Assembly (NCBI GenBank): GCA_965243135.1 | Contig: OZ251539.1 | Span: 5,280,001-5,344,000, forward strand | DNA: 64,000 bases | Reading direction: 5' to 3' | Source: Alphaproteobacteria bacterium | GTDB lineage: Bacteria; Pseudomonadota; Alphaproteobacteria; MPNO01; UBA830 | In this document: positions 63,784 through 64,000 of the stretch, in pieces | Position numbering within the stretch: position 1 is the first letter of the stretch | How the letters are laid out: every line of letters starts with the position of its first letter | The notes under the pieces: generated by a model | The model's database searches: none | What the model saw: the letters and a program-made list of their open reading frames with translations, nothing else | What the model was told of the DNA's origin: nothing | Position numbers and translations under genes: made by a program

Positions 63784-64000
63784 ATGAATTTGCCCCCCCG
63801 GTCCCAGGCGATAATGCTTCTTACCGTTTCCTTCGGAAAATCCGACGCCGCCGGAGCGAAGCCGCTTTCGACGAAGGAATGGGCGCGTTTTGCCGCTTGG
63901 ATGAAGGATCTCGGCCTTGATCCCTCCGCGTTGTTGAAGGGCGATTTGAATGACAGGCTCTCCGGATGGGAGGATCGGTCGATAACGCTGCCCCGGATCG
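63784..64000 (+). CDS. DprA/Smf-domain partner (RqlI-like), 3'-truncated by the window end
   Basis: MNLPPRSQAIMLLTVSFG...KPLSTKEWARFAAWM...LDPSALL, directly after the RecQ-PRTase gene; the DprA core lies outside the window. Confidence 0.7.
   Translation, partial: MNLPPRSQAIMLLTVSFGKSDAAGAKPLSTKEWARFAAWMKDLGLDPSALLKGDLNDRLSGWEDRSITLPRI

Overview
GC-rich bacterial window; gene content and order (ruvX, pyrB-pyrC-plsY, gatCAB, aapJQMP) point to an alphaproteobacterium. Left to right: (1) the end of a type III-B CRISPR-Cas locus (Cmr1-like RAMP, CARF-HEPN protein, cas1, cas2, 48-repeat array, orphan terminal repeat, convergent csx1). The distal end of this array is interrupted by a small-gene cassette that itself holds a complete DUF4338-ISAs1 element. 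(2) Core and catabolic genes. (3) A complete type I-E system on the minus strand with an array of about 78 repeats. (4) Decayed fragments and a low-GC two-gene membrane cassette. (5) gatCAB, two GSTs and a TPP enzyme whose 3' end is duplicated next to tRNA-Ser(GCT). (6) A type II R-M pair and aapJQMP. (7) A defence-like island (ATPase, GIY-YIG-like + DUF6884-like pair, RecQ-PRTase + DprA). The strongest hidden signal lies between cas3 and cas8e: a single-spacer mini-array with its own sigma70 promoter. Its spacer matches an AAC-flanked site over the -10 boxes of the divergent promoter that precedes a 43-codon ORF and the Cascade operon. This is a candidate crRNA-guided autorepression or CRISPR-repressed toxin module. 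All calls come from reading the sequence and recognising motifs; no database searches were run.
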